Shown here in pieces: positions 18,586-28,414 of a stretch of DNA of 64,000 nt. This DNA is from Candidatus Kerfeldbacteria bacterium. GTDB lineage: Bacteria; Patescibacteriota; Patescibacteriia; UBA9570; XYC2-FULL-38-9. Both the position numbers and the translations under genes were made by a program. The notes beneath the pieces were generated by a model that saw only the letters and a program-made list of their open reading frames with translations, ran no database searches and was not told the origin of the DNA. The stretch covers positions 149,741 to 213,740 of the forward strand of contig JBDRKW010000006.1 of NCBI GenBank assembly GCA_043813585.1. The letters run 5' to 3'. The number at the start of each line of letters is the position of its first letter. The stretch's first letter is position 1.

Positions 18586-19835
18586 CCGTACAGCGGAAAT
18601 GCTTTTGTAAGCTCGGACACCAATGTCCGGGCTTTTTGTTTCACGTTATCGTCTTCTGGATTCTTGAGTAACTCGATAATCATATCTCCGATTTGAGTCA
18701 TCTGATTTTCCTTCATGCCACGCGTGGTCAACGCCGGAGTACCGAACCTGATACCAGATGGATCAGTTGGCGGCCGCTCGTCATCAGGAATGACATTTTT
18801 ATTCACTGTGATGCCGACCTCGTCCAATAATTCTTCCGCCTGCTTGCCAGTGAGACCCAATGATGTCACGTCAGTGAGCACAATATGATTTTCTGTACCG
18901 CCAAAGACAATCTTGAGCCCTCCGTTCAACAAAGATTCAAATAATGCAGCAGCATTCTTCACAATCTGTTGGGCGTAGTCTTTAAACTCCGGCTGTGCTG
19001 CCTCTTTAAGTGCAACAGCCAACGCTGCAATCACATTCTCATGCGGACCGCCCTGTAAACCCGGGAACACCGCCTTGTCGATCTGCTTTGCGAACTTCTC
19101 TTTACAAAGAATCATCGCACCGCGCGGTCCACGGAGTGATTTATGCGTGGTAGTTGTCACCACATCCATTATCGGCACCGGATTCTTCATCACACCGCCG
19201 GCAACAAGCCCCGCAATATGCGCCATGTCCATCATACTCACCGCTCCAACCTCTTCTGCGATCTCCTGGAGCTTTTCATAATCCAAATCACGAGAGTATG
19301 ACGAGTATCCGGCCAATAAAATCTTTGGCTTCACCTCCTGCGCCTGCTTGCGAATCGCTTCATAATCAAATGCACCGGTTTCCGGATCGCAGGTGTAGTG
19401 TTCAAAGTTATAAATACTTGCGGAAAATGTTACGGGGTGTCCGTGCGTCAGATGGCCGCCATACGAAAGCGCCATTCCTAGCACTGTGTCTCCAGGTTTG
19501 AGTAATGCCGCATACACAGCCAGGTTTGCTGGCGAACCAGACAACGGCTGCACGTTAACATGCTCCGCTGCAAACAATTCCTTCGCCCGGTCGATTGCCA
19601 TCTGCTCTAACGCATCAATAAATTCATTACCCCCGTAGTACCGCTTGCCTGGGTACCCTTCAGCGTACTTGTTCGTTGCAACCGATCCGATAGCTTCCAT
19701 CACCGCTTCAGATGCGAAGTTCTCCGATGCAATCATCTCTAATGTGTTCTGTTGCCGGTTTAATTCATTCGATAATGTCTCTGCAACTTCCGGATCGTTC
19801 TTTTTGATATTTGAGTAGTCAATCATGCTGTCCAT
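18582..19835 (-). CDS. glyA: Serine hydroxymethyltransferase
   Basis: Full-length SHMT with a PLP-lysine region ([13 protein letters not shown]). Confidence 0.95.
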   Translation of the reverse strand: MDSMIDYSNIKKNDPEVAETLSNELNRQQNTLEMIASENFASEAVMEAIGSVATNKYAEGYPGKRYYGGNEFIDALEQMAIDRAKELFAAEHVNVQPLSGSPANLAVYAALLKPGDTVLGMALSYGGHLTHGHPVTFSASIYNFEHYTCDPETGAFDYEAIRKQAQEVKPKILLAGYSSYSRDLDYEKLQEIAEEVGAVSMMDMAHIAGLVAGGVMKNPVPIMDVVTTTTHKSLRGPRGAMILCKEKFAKQIDKAVFPGLQGGPHENVIAALAVALKEAAQPEFKDYAQQIVKNAAALFESLLNGGLKIVFGGTENHIVLTDVTSLGLTGKQAEELLDEVGITVNKNVIPDDERPPTDPSGIRFGTPALTTRGMKENQMTQIGDMIIELLKNPEDDNVKQKARTLVSELTKAFPLYG

Positions 19836-19868
19836 ACTATACCACGCAGCCCCTTTTGCCTAGAACCA

Positions 19869-19898
19869 TTGACAAATACACCCTTTTCAGCCTATAAT
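19869..19898 (+). promoter_or_regulatory. Near-consensus sigma70 promoter (TTGACA-18-TATAAT)
   Basis: TTGACA at 19869-19874 and TATAAT at 19893-19898. It is about 100 nt upstream of the LOG-like gene, which has SD AGGGGAGG. Confidence 0.5.
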
Positions 19899-19997
19899 AC
19901 TTCGATTACCCGGGGGGAATTCCATGAAGGATTCTTCTCGTTTTGGTAATTGTACATACCACACCACAGCGCAAGCTGGTTTTAGGGGAGGCTACAG

Positions 19998-20762
19998 ATG
20001 GCAAGCGGATATTGGAAGACAGACCCACACGCCGTCATGCAGAGCGAGTGGCTGCAGCACGGCACCTGGTCCTTCAGCGACAAGGTGCGCCGGTACGCTC
20101 AGTGGATTCGTCCACAGGTCGGCCCGATGATCGGCATCTTCGGCTCGGCACGCGACCCGGAGAAGGCGCCGAACCTGCACGCCAGGTACGCCAATCGCGC
20201 GACGGAGATCGGTCGGCTGCTCGGAGAGCGCGGCGCGTCGCTGATCAGCGGCCACTGCCCCGGCCTGCCGGAGCTGACCGAGAACGGGTTCAAGGCGGCG
20301 CGCATTAGCGACCGCAAGCAGCCCGTCATCGGAGTGCGCATCGTCATCACCAAGGACGGCGTGATCTTCGAGGAGACGGACCGGACCAAGGTGGATGTCT
20401 ACATCGAGTGTGATGATTTCGGTCCCAGGATCGAGATAATGGAAGCGCTCGCCGATGGCGCCATCTTCTGCCCCGGCGGCATCGGGACGCGCCTCGAATT
20501 GCAGCTGTTCATCCAGAAACAGCAGCTCGGCAGCTACCTGGGCCGGAAGATCCCGTTGGTTCTGGTCGGCACCTCGCACTGGGCCAAGATCCTCGACGAC
20601 TTCTCCGCCCAGCAAGAGGACGAGACAATCGGCTCCCACGAATTCTGGGTGACGGTCACCGACCACCCGGAGGAGGCAGTCGAACTGGTCCTCGGCGAGA
20701 ACGGCAACAGGGACCGCGCCGAGCGAATCCTGGTCGAGACCAGCGGCGACCTGAGCATATAA
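19998..20762 (+). CDS. LOG/SLOG-family Rossmann-fold protein (TIGR00730-like)
   Basis: IGIFGSARD and FCPGGIGTRLELQLF (PGGxGTxxE) signatures. About 64% GC with a strong SD. It has N- and C-terminal extensions relative to minimal LOG proteins. Confidence 0.7.
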   Translation: MASGYWKTDPHAVMQSEWLQHGTWSFSDKVRRYAQWIRPQVGPMIGIFGSARDPEKAPNLHARYANRATEIGRLLGERGASLISGHCPGLPELTENGFKAARISDRKQPVIGVRIVITKDGVIFEETDRTKVDVYIECDDFGPRIEIMEALADGAIFCPGGIGTRLELQLFIQKQQLGSYLGRKIPLVLVGTSHWAKILDDFSAQQEDETIGSHEFWVTVTDHPEEAVELVLGENGNRDRAERILVETSGDLSI

Positions 20763-20765
20763 AAA

Positions 20766-20800
20766 AGGGACGGACGACCCTACAATATCGTCCATCTTTT
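20766..20800. terminator. Hairpin and T-run between the convergent LOG-like and Elp3 genes
   Basis: aaaaaaGGGACGgacgaccctacaatatCGTCCatcttttttt. Confidence 0.45.
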
Positions 20801-20821
20801 TTTACTCAAACCTCGCCGGTT

Positions 20822-22375
20822 CTAAATATCCTTTACCATATACTCGCCTTCCAGGCGGTACCCGCATTTATTCCTAAAATATTCGCGCACGCCGACGCCC
20901 GCAATGACCGCGATTTTTGTATACCCCGCGTGCCGCGCGATCTCTTCCGCATCTTCCATCAACTGCTGGCCCATGCCGACATGCTGCACCGAATGTTCGC
21001 CCGAATCAATCTTCGCCATCCGCCCGTAGGTGTGCACCTCGCGGATAAGCGCTGCATCCTGCAATTCGGGAATCCAGTGCTTTCCAATATTCTGCAAACG
21101 GAGCCGCGCAAACGCATACATAATCTCCTTATCCGGTGACTCATAGCTCAAAAAAACTTCGCGCCCGCCGGACGCGTCATACCCGCGCCGGACCAGCTCC
21201 AAATCCTCCAGCGCAACCGACACGTCGCCGGGTTCCCGGCACCGGATGCACCGGCACTGCACGCCCTGGCGCTTCATCATCTGCCGCAGATTCGTTTTCC
21301 GGTTCCCCGCGTAAATCGAACTGCTCGGGATGTCCCGCACCAGCCGTTCAATGCGCACCCACTCCGGTACGAGCTTTTTAATTTCCACCAATAAATACTC
21401 CAGTGACTCCTGCGCATACGGCGTATACGAACCATCTTTCCACCACTGATACAATACGGAGTTTCCAGTAACAACAGTCGGATAGATCTTAATATGGTCC
21501 GGCTGGAAATCCGGCGTGCAAAACGCGTCAACAATCGTCTTCAGGTCCTTCTCAATGGTCGCGCCCGGCAGCCCCTGCATATAATGGTGCGAAACCTTCA
21601 TGCCCGCTTCCTTCAGCAGCCGCGTCGCCCGAACCGCATCTTCATTCGTCTGCTCGCGGCGCACCAGCTGCAATACTTCCTCGTCAGTCGTCTGCACCCC
21701 AAGCTGCACCCGCGTGCACCCAAGCACACGCATCCGCCGTACCTCTTCTTCATCAATTAAATCCGGACGGGTTTCAAGCGTCAGCCCGATCACGCGGTGC
21801 TGCGCAGTTTCATTCAGCATCTTCGCTTCCTCGATATCCCGCGCCACGCAACTATTAAACGCATCATAACACCGCTTGATAAACCAGGTCTGGTATTCAT
21901 GCGGATACGCAGACCACGACCCGCCCAAAACAATCAGCTCACATTTATCCGTCACATGGCCGTTTGCGTCCAACGCCTTCAGCCGCGCCTCCACCTGGCT
22001 AAACGGATCAAACTGATGGCGCAACGCCCGCGCCGCACCCGGTTCGTTGGACAGGTACGATTTCGGCATTCCCTGCTCGGACGGGCAGTACACGCACTTG
22101 CCAGGGCAAGAATACGGCTCGGTCAGTACGGTAATCACCGCAACGCCGGACAAATTCCGCACGATCCGCTTGGAAAACAGCGTCCATATCGCGCCATCCT
22201 TCTCCAGCTCCCCCGCGTTTATCATTTCGCGGTATTTTGCTAGTATTGAAGAGTTGGGAGCCATGCTGGTTCCGTATTCCTTGGCCACCACCGCTTTTAC
22301 AGCCTTAAGCTGCTGCGGCGACGCAACGCCGCGCTTGATGGCCAACTCAATAATTTTTTTTAACGCATCAGACAT
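20822..22375 (-). CDS. elp3: Elp3-like radical-SAM / GNAT acetyltransferase (tRNA U34 carboxymethylation family)
   Basis: Radical-SAM cluster CPGKCVYCP, an Elp3-type central domain and a C-terminal GNAT region (QHVGMGQQLMEDAE..). Confidence 0.8.
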   Translation of the reverse strand: MSDALKKIIELAIKRGVASPQQLKAVKAVVAKEYGTSMAPNSSILAKYREMINAGELEKDGAIWTLFSKRIVRNLSGVAVITVLTEPYSCPGKCVYCPSEQGMPKSYLSNEPGAARALRHQFDPFSQVEARLKALDANGHVTDKCELIVLGGSWSAYPHEYQTWFIKRCYDAFNSCVARDIEEAKMLNETAQHRVIGLTLETRPDLIDEEEVRRMRVLGCTRVQLGVQTTDEEVLQLVRREQTNEDAVRATRLLKEAGMKVSHHYMQGLPGATIEKDLKTIVDAFCTPDFQPDHIKIYPTVVTGNSVLYQWWKDGSYTPYAQESLEYLLVEIKKLVPEWVRIERLVRDIPSSSIYAGNRKTNLRQMMKRQGVQCRCIRCREPGDVSVALEDLELVRRGYDASGGREVFLSYESPDKEIMYAFARLRLQNIGKHWIPELQDAALIREVHTYGRMAKIDSGEHSVQHVGMGQQLMEDAEEIARHAGYTKIAVIAGVGVREYFRNKCGYRLEGEYMVKDI

Positions 22376-22402
22376 ATGGATGGTAAAACCGCAGAACGCT
22401 TG

Positions 22403-23101
22403 ATGAGCCAGATAGAGGCTGATTACGACACGATATCAGACCACTTTGCGCAAACCCGGCTCAACCAGTGGTACGAGGTCGATTTCCTCATCGACCAATA
22501 TGTAAAGCCGGAAGAGCTGGTGCTGGACCTTGGCTGCGGTAATGGGAGGGTAGCTGATCTGGTCAATCAAATCAAGGCAAAATATGTCGGGCTCGACGTG
22601 TCGGACAAGCTCATCGCGATTGCACGTGAACAGCGGCCGGGCAATGACTTCCGCGTCGGCAACATGCTGCGCACCGGGTTCGAAGACCAAACCTTCGACC
22701 ACGTGCTGATGATCGCGAGCCTCCACCATATTCCGTCCGACGAACTTCGGCAGCAGGCACTGGAAGAAGCCAAGCGCATTACCAAGCGGCACGGATTCAT
22801 CATAATGACCAACTGGAACCTGCGGCAGATGCGCTTTGCAGTGCGCCGATGGAAGTTCAACCTGCAAACGGCGCTGCGGATGAACGAGCTGGACTGGAAC
22901 GACATGTTCATCCCGTGGTACGACCAAAAACAGCATCTCCTTGCATCGCGGTATTACCATGCATTTACGCCGGGCGAGCTGAAACGCCTGGCAAAGAAGA
23001 CCGGTCTAACTGTTATTGACCAATACTACGAAACAAACGGCATGCATGTGGCGCGCCGAAACGGCCAGAACATCGTCACGGTTCTTTCCCCGGAAAGTTG
23101 A
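22403..23101 (+). CDS. Class I SAM-dependent methyltransferase (Methyltransf_11-like)
   Basis: Motif I VLDLGCGNGR. The alternative start at 22376 shares CATATG with the divergent elp3 start. Confidence 0.65.
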   Translation: MSQIEADYDTISDHFAQTRLNQWYEVDFLIDQYVKPEELVLDLGCGNGRVADLVNQIKAKYVGLDVSDKLIAIAREQRPGNDFRVGNMLRTGFEDQTFDHVLMIASLHHIPSDELRQQALEEAKRITKRHGFIIMTNWNLRQMRFAVRRWKFNLQTALRMNELDWNDMFIPWYDQKQHLLASRYYHAFTPGELKRLAKKTGLTVIDQYYETNGMHVARRNGQNIVTVLSPES

Positions 23102-23161
23102 ATTGAAAACGGAAAACTTGTATAATACATTAGGTTAAATAATAAAATCTAAATACAAAAC

Positions 23162-24508
23162 ATGGAGGTCAAAAAACAAATGTACGGCATAACCCTTCCA
23201 ATTGCAGGGGTTATTATTTTGGCAAGCGCATTTTTCGCGCCAGCCGTCCTGGCTCAGCCGGAACTAACGGCTACTGACGAAGACACAACCGTCACAGCAA
23301 CAGAAGACGAGGTTAAAATAGATAAGGAGGAGAACAAGAAAGACTACAAAGTCACTAAAAATACTGACTGGAAGGTCAACGGTTCCACTGAAGAGACTGA
23401 CTTTACCGTCGCCGGCCTGCACCTGATGGCTGGAATGAGCCCGCTTGTCGCAGACGATTCCGGGTCGGACGTATTTGCTTTTGGACAAACCGTTACAGTG
23501 GTAGACGCGGTCATGGGAGATCTCTTTTCAGCAGCAAATGCAGTAACGATCGAAGGTCCTGTCGCAGGATCAGCACGAATTGCCGGTAACTACATAGAAA
23601 TTGATGACAACGTCGGGCGAAACGTCGTCGCTCTCGGCAACAGTATACGTCTTACGGAAAATGGAATGGTCGGAGGCCACATGAATGCAGCTGGTGCGAC
23701 CATACAGATCGATGGCGAAGTAATGGGAAAACTCGCAATATCCGGAGACACAGTATTCCTAAATGGAACATTCAACGATGAAATTTCTATTGAAGCAAAC
23801 AGCGTAGTCATCGGTGACAACGCCGTATTTATGGGAGAAGCGGAGGTTAAGGGACCAAACGCACCGCAAATCAGTAAAGTTGCAGAAGGCGGCGACATGG
23901 TCACCTATACCTATCAAGAATTTGATCAAAGCGAGAAAGGTACATATACAAAAAAATACGACAGCGCTTTCTTCAATCCCGGAGCACGCATGGGAAGATG
24001 GCTCATGTCCTTCCTGTTCTTCGGAATCATCGGACTTCTTTCAATCCTCGTCGCACCAAAATGGATGACGAAAGTCACAGACGTCATGACAGAGCACGCC
24101 GGCATGAGCTGGATGAAAGGCGCACTGCTGTTCTTCGTCGCCCCAATTGTTGGAGTGATCCTAATGATGACTCTCATCGGCATTCCACTCTCACTGATGT
24201 TGATGTTCGCGTATTGGCTGCTGCTGCTATTCGGCCGAATTGTTGCTGGTTATATGCTGGGCCGCCTGATCCTTTCACGCGACAAGGTCGAAGATGAACG
24301 ATCATACATGTTGCTGTCATTTGTTATCGGTTTCGCAATTCTGTCGATCCTGTACTATATCCCTGTTATCGGCGGACTGATTGGTTTACTGGCTGCTATC
24401 TGGGGTGTTGGTGCTATTACTCACTACTGCTGCATGAAGCTCGCTGAAAAAAAAGCAAAGAAAGCCAAAGCAAATAAAAAAGGGGGAACGGCTAAAAAGA
24501 AAAAGTAA
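23162..24508 (+). CDS. Membrane protein with an extracytoplasmic β-helix/bactofilin-like repeat region and a C-terminal multi-TM domain with a K-rich tail
   Basis: Signal peptide, then roughly 18-aa repeats (V.G..a.I.G), four predicted TM helices and a KKAKKAKANKKGGTAKKKK tail. Confidence 0.4.
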   Translation: MEVKKQMYGITLPIAGVIILASAFFAPAVLAQPELTATDEDTTVTATEDEVKIDKEENKKDYKVTKNTDWKVNGSTEETDFTVAGLHLMAGMSPLVADDSGSDVFAFGQTVTVVDAVMGDLFSAANAVTIEGPVAGSARIAGNYIEIDDNVGRNVVALGNSIRLTENGMVGGHMNAAGATIQIDGEVMGKLAISGDTVFLNGTFNDEISIEANSVVIGDNAVFMGEAEVKGPNAPQISKVAEGGDMVTYTYQEFDQSEKGTYTKKYDSAFFNPGARMGRWLMSFLFFGIIGLLSILVAPKWMTKVTDVMTEHAGMSWMKGALLFFVAPIVGVILMMTLIGIPLSLMLMFAYWLLLLFGRIVAGYMLGRLILSRDKVEDERSYMLLSFVIGFAILSILYYIPVIGGLIGLLAAIWGVGAITHYCCMKLAEKKAKKAKANKKGGTAKKKK

Positions 24509-24519
24509 CCCTTTAATGC

Positions 24520-25854
24520 ATGAACCTGGACGCAATCTTCAAAGCGTATGACATCCGCGGAGTCGTACCCGATGACCTAAACGAAGATCTCGTCACCAAA
24601 CTTGGAAAAGCATTTGCAACGTTTGTCGAAGCTGACACTGTCATGGTTGGCCACGACATGCGAAACACGTCTCTGCCGCTTGCAGAGGCGTTTGCATCTG
24701 GGGTGATGAGCACCGGGAAAAATGTCACTTTTTTGGGGCTAATCCCGACTGACGCAAGTTACTATGCCGCCGGCAAGTATGAGTTGCCGTGTGTGATGTT
24801 TACCGCGTCGCACAACCCGGCGCAGTGGAACGGGCTGAAGCTCACCAACGCGGGCGCGGTTCCCATCGGCTTGGAATCCGGCCTGCAGGACATCCGTGAT
24901 ATTCTCGAAAAAGAATTATGGAAAGAAAGCAGCACGCCCGGCACACGAAGCGACAAAAACGTCATTGACGAATATATCGCGCATGCGCTCTCGCTCGTGG
25001 ACGTATCCAAGATCAAGCCGTTTAAAGTGGCAATTGACGCGGGCAACGGCATGGGCGGATATGTTGCGCCAAAGCTGTTTGAACACCTGCCATGCGAAGT
25101 CATCCCGCTCTATTTCGAGCTGGACGGCACCATGCCCAACCATGAACCAAACCCGATTAAATCGGAAAATGTCGCAGACCTGATCGAGGCGGTTAAAAAG
25201 GAAGGTGCAGACATCGGTCTGGCGTTTGACGGAGATGCAGACCGTGTCTTCTTCATTGATGAAAAAGGCAGCCGCGTAAGCGCATCGTTTGTCGGCGCGA
25301 TGGTCGCCAAAAACATGCTGAAAAAAAACCCCGGCGCGACCATTATTTATAACGCGGTGTCGAGCAAGATCGTGCCGGAAACAATTGAAAAAAACGGCGG
25401 CACGGCGGTGATAGAACGCGTTGGCCATTCGTTCATCAAAAAAACTATGGCCGAAACCGGTGCGGTATTTGCGACCGAGCACTCGGGCCACTACTACTTC
25501 AAGGACAACTACCGCGCGGACAGCGGGCTTATCACGTCACTCATTGTATTGGAGATGCTGTCCGAAACAGACAAGCCGTTTTCCGAACTATTGGCAGAAT
25601 TCCAAAAATATTTCGCCATTGAAGAAACGAATTCAGAGGTGGATGACAAGGACGCGGCCATTGCGCGGGTGAAGGAAAAATATGCTGACGCGAAAATAAC
25701 CGAGCTTGACGGTGTCACGTTCGAATACGACGACTATTGGTTCAACGTGCGGCCGTCAAATACCGAACCGGTGCTGCGGCTGAACCTGGAAGCGAACACG
25801 CCAGAATTGCGCGACGAAAAAGCGGCAGAGGTACTACAAATCATTAGAGGTTAA
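24520..25854 (+). CDS. Phosphomannomutase / phosphoglucomutase (α-D-phosphohexomutase family)
   Basis: Active-site TASHNPAQWNGLK, Mg-binding DGDADR and the sugar-binding region are all present. Confidence 0.85.
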   Translation: MNLDAIFKAYDIRGVVPDDLNEDLVTKLGKAFATFVEADTVMVGHDMRNTSLPLAEAFASGVMSTGKNVTFLGLIPTDASYYAAGKYELPCVMFTASHNPAQWNGLKLTNAGAVPIGLESGLQDIRDILEKELWKESSTPGTRSDKNVIDEYIAHALSLVDVSKIKPFKVAIDAGNGMGGYVAPKLFEHLPCEVIPLYFELDGTMPNHEPNPIKSENVADLIEAVKKEGADIGLAFDGDADRVFFIDEKGSRVSASFVGAMVAKNMLKKNPGATIIYNAVSSKIVPETIEKNGGTAVIERVGHSFIKKTMAETGAVFATEHSGHYYFKDNYRADSGLITSLIVLEMLSETDKPFSELLAEFQKYFAIEETNSEVDDKDAAIARVKEKYADAKITELDGVTFEYDDYWFNVRPSNTEPVLRLNLEANTPELRDEKAAEVLQIIRG

Positions 25855-25888
25855 AAAAAATACGGGGAAGCGTTTCCCGTATTTTTTT
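25851..25888. terminator. Bidirectional rho-independent terminator
   Basis: aaaaaaaaTACGGGgaagcgtttCCCGTAttttttt. Confidence 0.55.
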
Positions 25889-25895
25889 GTTCCCG

Positions 25896-26819
25896 TTAAT
25901 TCAGTTCGCCCACCGTCGGCCGCAGGTCATCCACGCCGTTGTCTGTTAATCGCTTCTTATTCTTGTCGCGCAGGCGCAGGGAATAGATCTCGAAATCCAC
26001 TTCTCCTTTCTTTTTGAATGAGTAAAAGATTTTTTTGCCGTTCGGGGAATAGTACGGCGTGCGCGCTTTCGCGTTGGAGGTCAGCTGTTTCTTTGACGAT
26101 CCGTCCTTCTTCATGGTGTACAGGTGGTACTGCTTCTTGTACCGCTTGATAAACGCGATCCTCTTTCCATTCGGAGAAAAACGCGGCTCGAGGCAGCCCT
26201 TTGTGCACTTGGTCAGCTTCTTCATGCGCGTGCCGTCTGTCTTGACCGTATAAATGTTATGGATGCCGTTCAAGTTCACGCCTTCAAACACAAGACGGTT
26301 GCCGCCGGGCGCGTAGGATGGGTTGTATGCGTGCTTCAGTTTCGGATTGTCAATCAGCACAAGACTCGTATTTTTGCCATTCGTCCCTACAAGATAAATC
26401 TTGCCAATAAATTCATTCAGTTCATATGATTCGCGCGTAAATGCCATTTCAGTGGAACCCGGCGCCCAGGATACCATGTGGTCAGCGCCAAGCCCTGCGT
26501 CATTAAGGTAGGTCTTGCCAGTTCCATTAGCGTTCATGATGAGTAGTTCATAGATCCCGGCAGGCGATGCCATCGCGATCTTGTTGCCCGCAGGCGCGAT
26601 AGCGATCCCTTCAGGCGCATTCAGGCTGCTGCCGCCCGGTTTGAATTCCTTTAAATCCTGGCCTTTGAGGCCCATCTCATACACCGGATACAGGGTGGTT
26701 GCCAGCGTTTCTTTTTCCTGGGCAAAGTAGACCTTTGCCGCTGCGTTTGTCGCATCTGCGCGGACAAGCAGGAATACTGCCGCGCACACTCCGATGCCAA
26801 TCGCGAACGTTCGCTTCAT
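25896..26819 (-). CDS. Secreted TolB-like β-propeller (PD40 repeat) protein
   Basis: Signal peptide followed by repeated Y.P.FSPNGK / SP.GK.I.F motifs typical of WD40-like β-propeller repeats. Confidence 0.6.
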   Translation of the reverse strand: MKRTFAIGIGVCAAVFLLVRADATNAAAKVYFAQEKETLATTLYPVYEMGLKGQDLKEFKPGGSSLNAPEGIAIAPAGNKIAMASPAGIYELLIMNANGTGKTYLNDAGLGADHMVSWAPGSTEMAFTRESYELNEFIGKIYLVGTNGKNTSLVLIDNPKLKHAYNPSYAPGGNRLVFEGVNLNGIHNIYTVKTDGTRMKKLTKCTKGCLEPRFSPNGKRIAFIKRYKKQYHLYTMKKDGSSKKQLTSNAKARTPYYSPNGKKIFYSFKKKGEVDFEIYSLRLRDKNKKRLTDNGVDDLRPTVGELN

Positions 26820-26836
26820 AGTTTAGTACGTTATGC

Positions 26837-28324
26837 TTAATCAGTCAGAGAAATATAATCCCATAACCGCGTCCCGCCGTTGCAGATGTACAGCCGGTTA
26901 TTGCTGGTGTCGATGTACAGCCGGCCGCGCTCGTCATCGTCATCGCAGTCTGCTGCAGTTGGCGCTCCGCCGCCGTTCCGCTCAAACTGGGCGTACTGGT
27001 CGCTGCCGACATGCAGCGCACTTTGCGGGTTCGGCGTGTTGATGCCGACGTTATTCCCGGAAATCGTCATGCCGGCGCCGTTGTTGTTGAGAATTTTCAG
27101 GTCATTGCCGGTATCAAGCGTCAGTGTCGCGTAGCTGACGCCGGCGTGCTTGAAATTCAGGATGCTGTCGTATCCGCTGCCGGAATTGATGACAATACCC
27201 GCTTCCCGGTTGCCCTGCACCTTCACATACACATTGTCCGTAGTCGCGCCGCCGTGCTTCACGTCCAGCAGGTAGCCCGAATCCGGGTCGTCCGTGCCGA
27301 TGCCGACGTTGCCGCGGTACCCGTTGACATACAGCATGTTGCCGTTCAGAACGATGTCTCCGCTGTAGGTCGCATCAGAAATGGCAGTTAAACCTATGTC
27401 GTCACCCGGCTGCGTGGTATAAATCTGGAAAAAACTGTCTTTCGCCCACAGATACCCGCTATCGATGGTGACGTCTCCGTCAAAATTGGTGGTTCCGTTC
27501 ACATCAAAATTTTCGTTCACTGTAAGGTCGCCGCGCGCAATGACATCTGCCGAACCGCCGGCCGTTCCCAGATTAATCGTCCCGTCAGCGTCAAAATCGC
27601 CGTTCACGGTCAAATCCCCGGTCATGGTCCCGGTGGAAAGCTTTGCCGGGGAAAGCGAGGCGATCCACGCCGGATTCGCGTACGAACCGGTGGTATACAC
27701 GCCGTTCGTTACCGTACCCGCGTTTCCGGTGACATTCCCCGTGACATTTCCGGTTACGTTGCCCGTCAGGTCGCCCTCGAACGTACCGGCTATCGTACCG
27801 CCGTTCGAAATATTATTCCCGCCCAGGTTGATAGACCCGGTCATGGTTCCGCCAAGCAACGGAAGGTATTTAGCTACTGTAATCGAATCCGGCACCTGCG
27901 CGTTCGAAACCGAACCGAGTATTTCCGAAAAATCCACGCCGTTTTTCGTCACGTTCAGTTCTGCTGCGGTCGCGGTCAGGTCGTTGATGTCTGCAACCTT
28001 CAACGCAGAAACATCAACGCCGTCAACCGTCTTCCCGTCTGCCACGATAATGTCGCCCTCTGCGCGCAGGTCCTTGTTCACGCGGAGCTTATCATCCACG
28101 ATCACTGCCTTGTTGGCACCGCCTTTGGTCTTGGCCGGATTGACGATCTTCCCCTTTACTTTCAACTGTTCCATTTTCATGATGCCATTGACGACAAACA
28201 TGTCGCCGGGCGCCCCACCCAGCAGTGACGTCACGTCATGCGCAGCCGCATACACGGCAGTGGAGCTTAAAATAAAAGCTACCACGCCAGTTGCGACCGC
28301 CGATACTTTTAGTGTTTTTTTCAT
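26837..28324 (-). CDS. Secreted cell-surface protein with (TGNV)n tandem repeats and a C-terminal RLYI..N..RLYICNGG motif
   Basis: Signal peptide, a Gly/Thr/Asn-rich β-solenoid-like sequence, and the 12-nt tandem repeat at 27700-27790 encoding GNVTGNVTGNVTGN. Confidence 0.45.
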   Translation of the reverse strand: MKKTLKVSAVATGVVAFILSSTAVYAAAHDVTSLLGGAPGDMFVVNGIMKMEQLKVKGKIVNPAKTKGGANKAVIVDDKLRVNKDLRAEGDIIVADGKTVDGVDVSALKVADINDLTATAAELNVTKNGVDFSEILGSVSNAQVPDSITVAKYLPLLGGTMTGSINLGGNNISNGGTIAGTFEGDLTGNVTGNVTGNVTGNAGTVTNGVYTTGSYANPAWIASLSPAKLSTGTMTGDLTVNGDFDADGTINLGTAGGSADVIARGDLTVNENFDVNGTTNFDGDVTIDSGYLWAKDSFFQIYTTQPGDDIGLTAISDATYSGDIVLNGNMLYVNGYRGNVGIGTDDPDSGYLLDVKHGGATTDNVYVKVQGNREAGIVINSGSGYDSILNFKHAGVSYATLTLDTGNDLKILNNNGAGMTISGNNVGINTPNPQSALHVGSDQYAQFERNGGGAPTAADCDDDDERGRLYIDTSNNRLYICNGGTRLWDYISLTD

Positions 28325-28361
28325 ATGTATTGCTTATTTACCGATTCTATTTTACCAAATT

Positions 28362-28410
28362 CCGGTATCAAAGTAAAAAAAAGCCCAGCCGGATGTTCCT
28401 CCATTCCAGA
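28362..28410 (-). terminator. Imperfect hairpin plus T8 run after the GC-rich gene pair
   Basis: The minus strand reads CCCATCTGG..(loop)..CCGGCTGGG followed by TTTTTTTT. Confidence 0.4.
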
Positions 28411-28414
28411 TGGG

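Noticed and set aside
19992-20795. Long antisense ORFs inside GC-rich genes (19992..20795 -, 28325..29464 +, 29557..30639 +, 53860..54759 -, 54099..55016 -, and others)
   Set aside because: High-GC coding sequence generates long stop-free antisense frames. These frames lack an RBS, have biased low-complexity (R/A/P/G-rich) products and are fully nested in better-supported ORFs.
22373-22378. CATATG shared by divergent elp3 and methyltransferase start codons (zero-length intergenic region)
   Set aside because: This probably reflects the track choosing the longest ORF. The methyltransferase more plausibly starts at 22403, leaving a short divergent promoter region, so it is not a real regulatory oddity.
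26837-28324. Diversity-generating retroelement targeting the surface protein
   Set aside because: No reverse transcriptase (no YxDD-containing ORF) and no template-repeat copy of the 3' end were found in the window. The N-rich C-terminus alone is insufficient.
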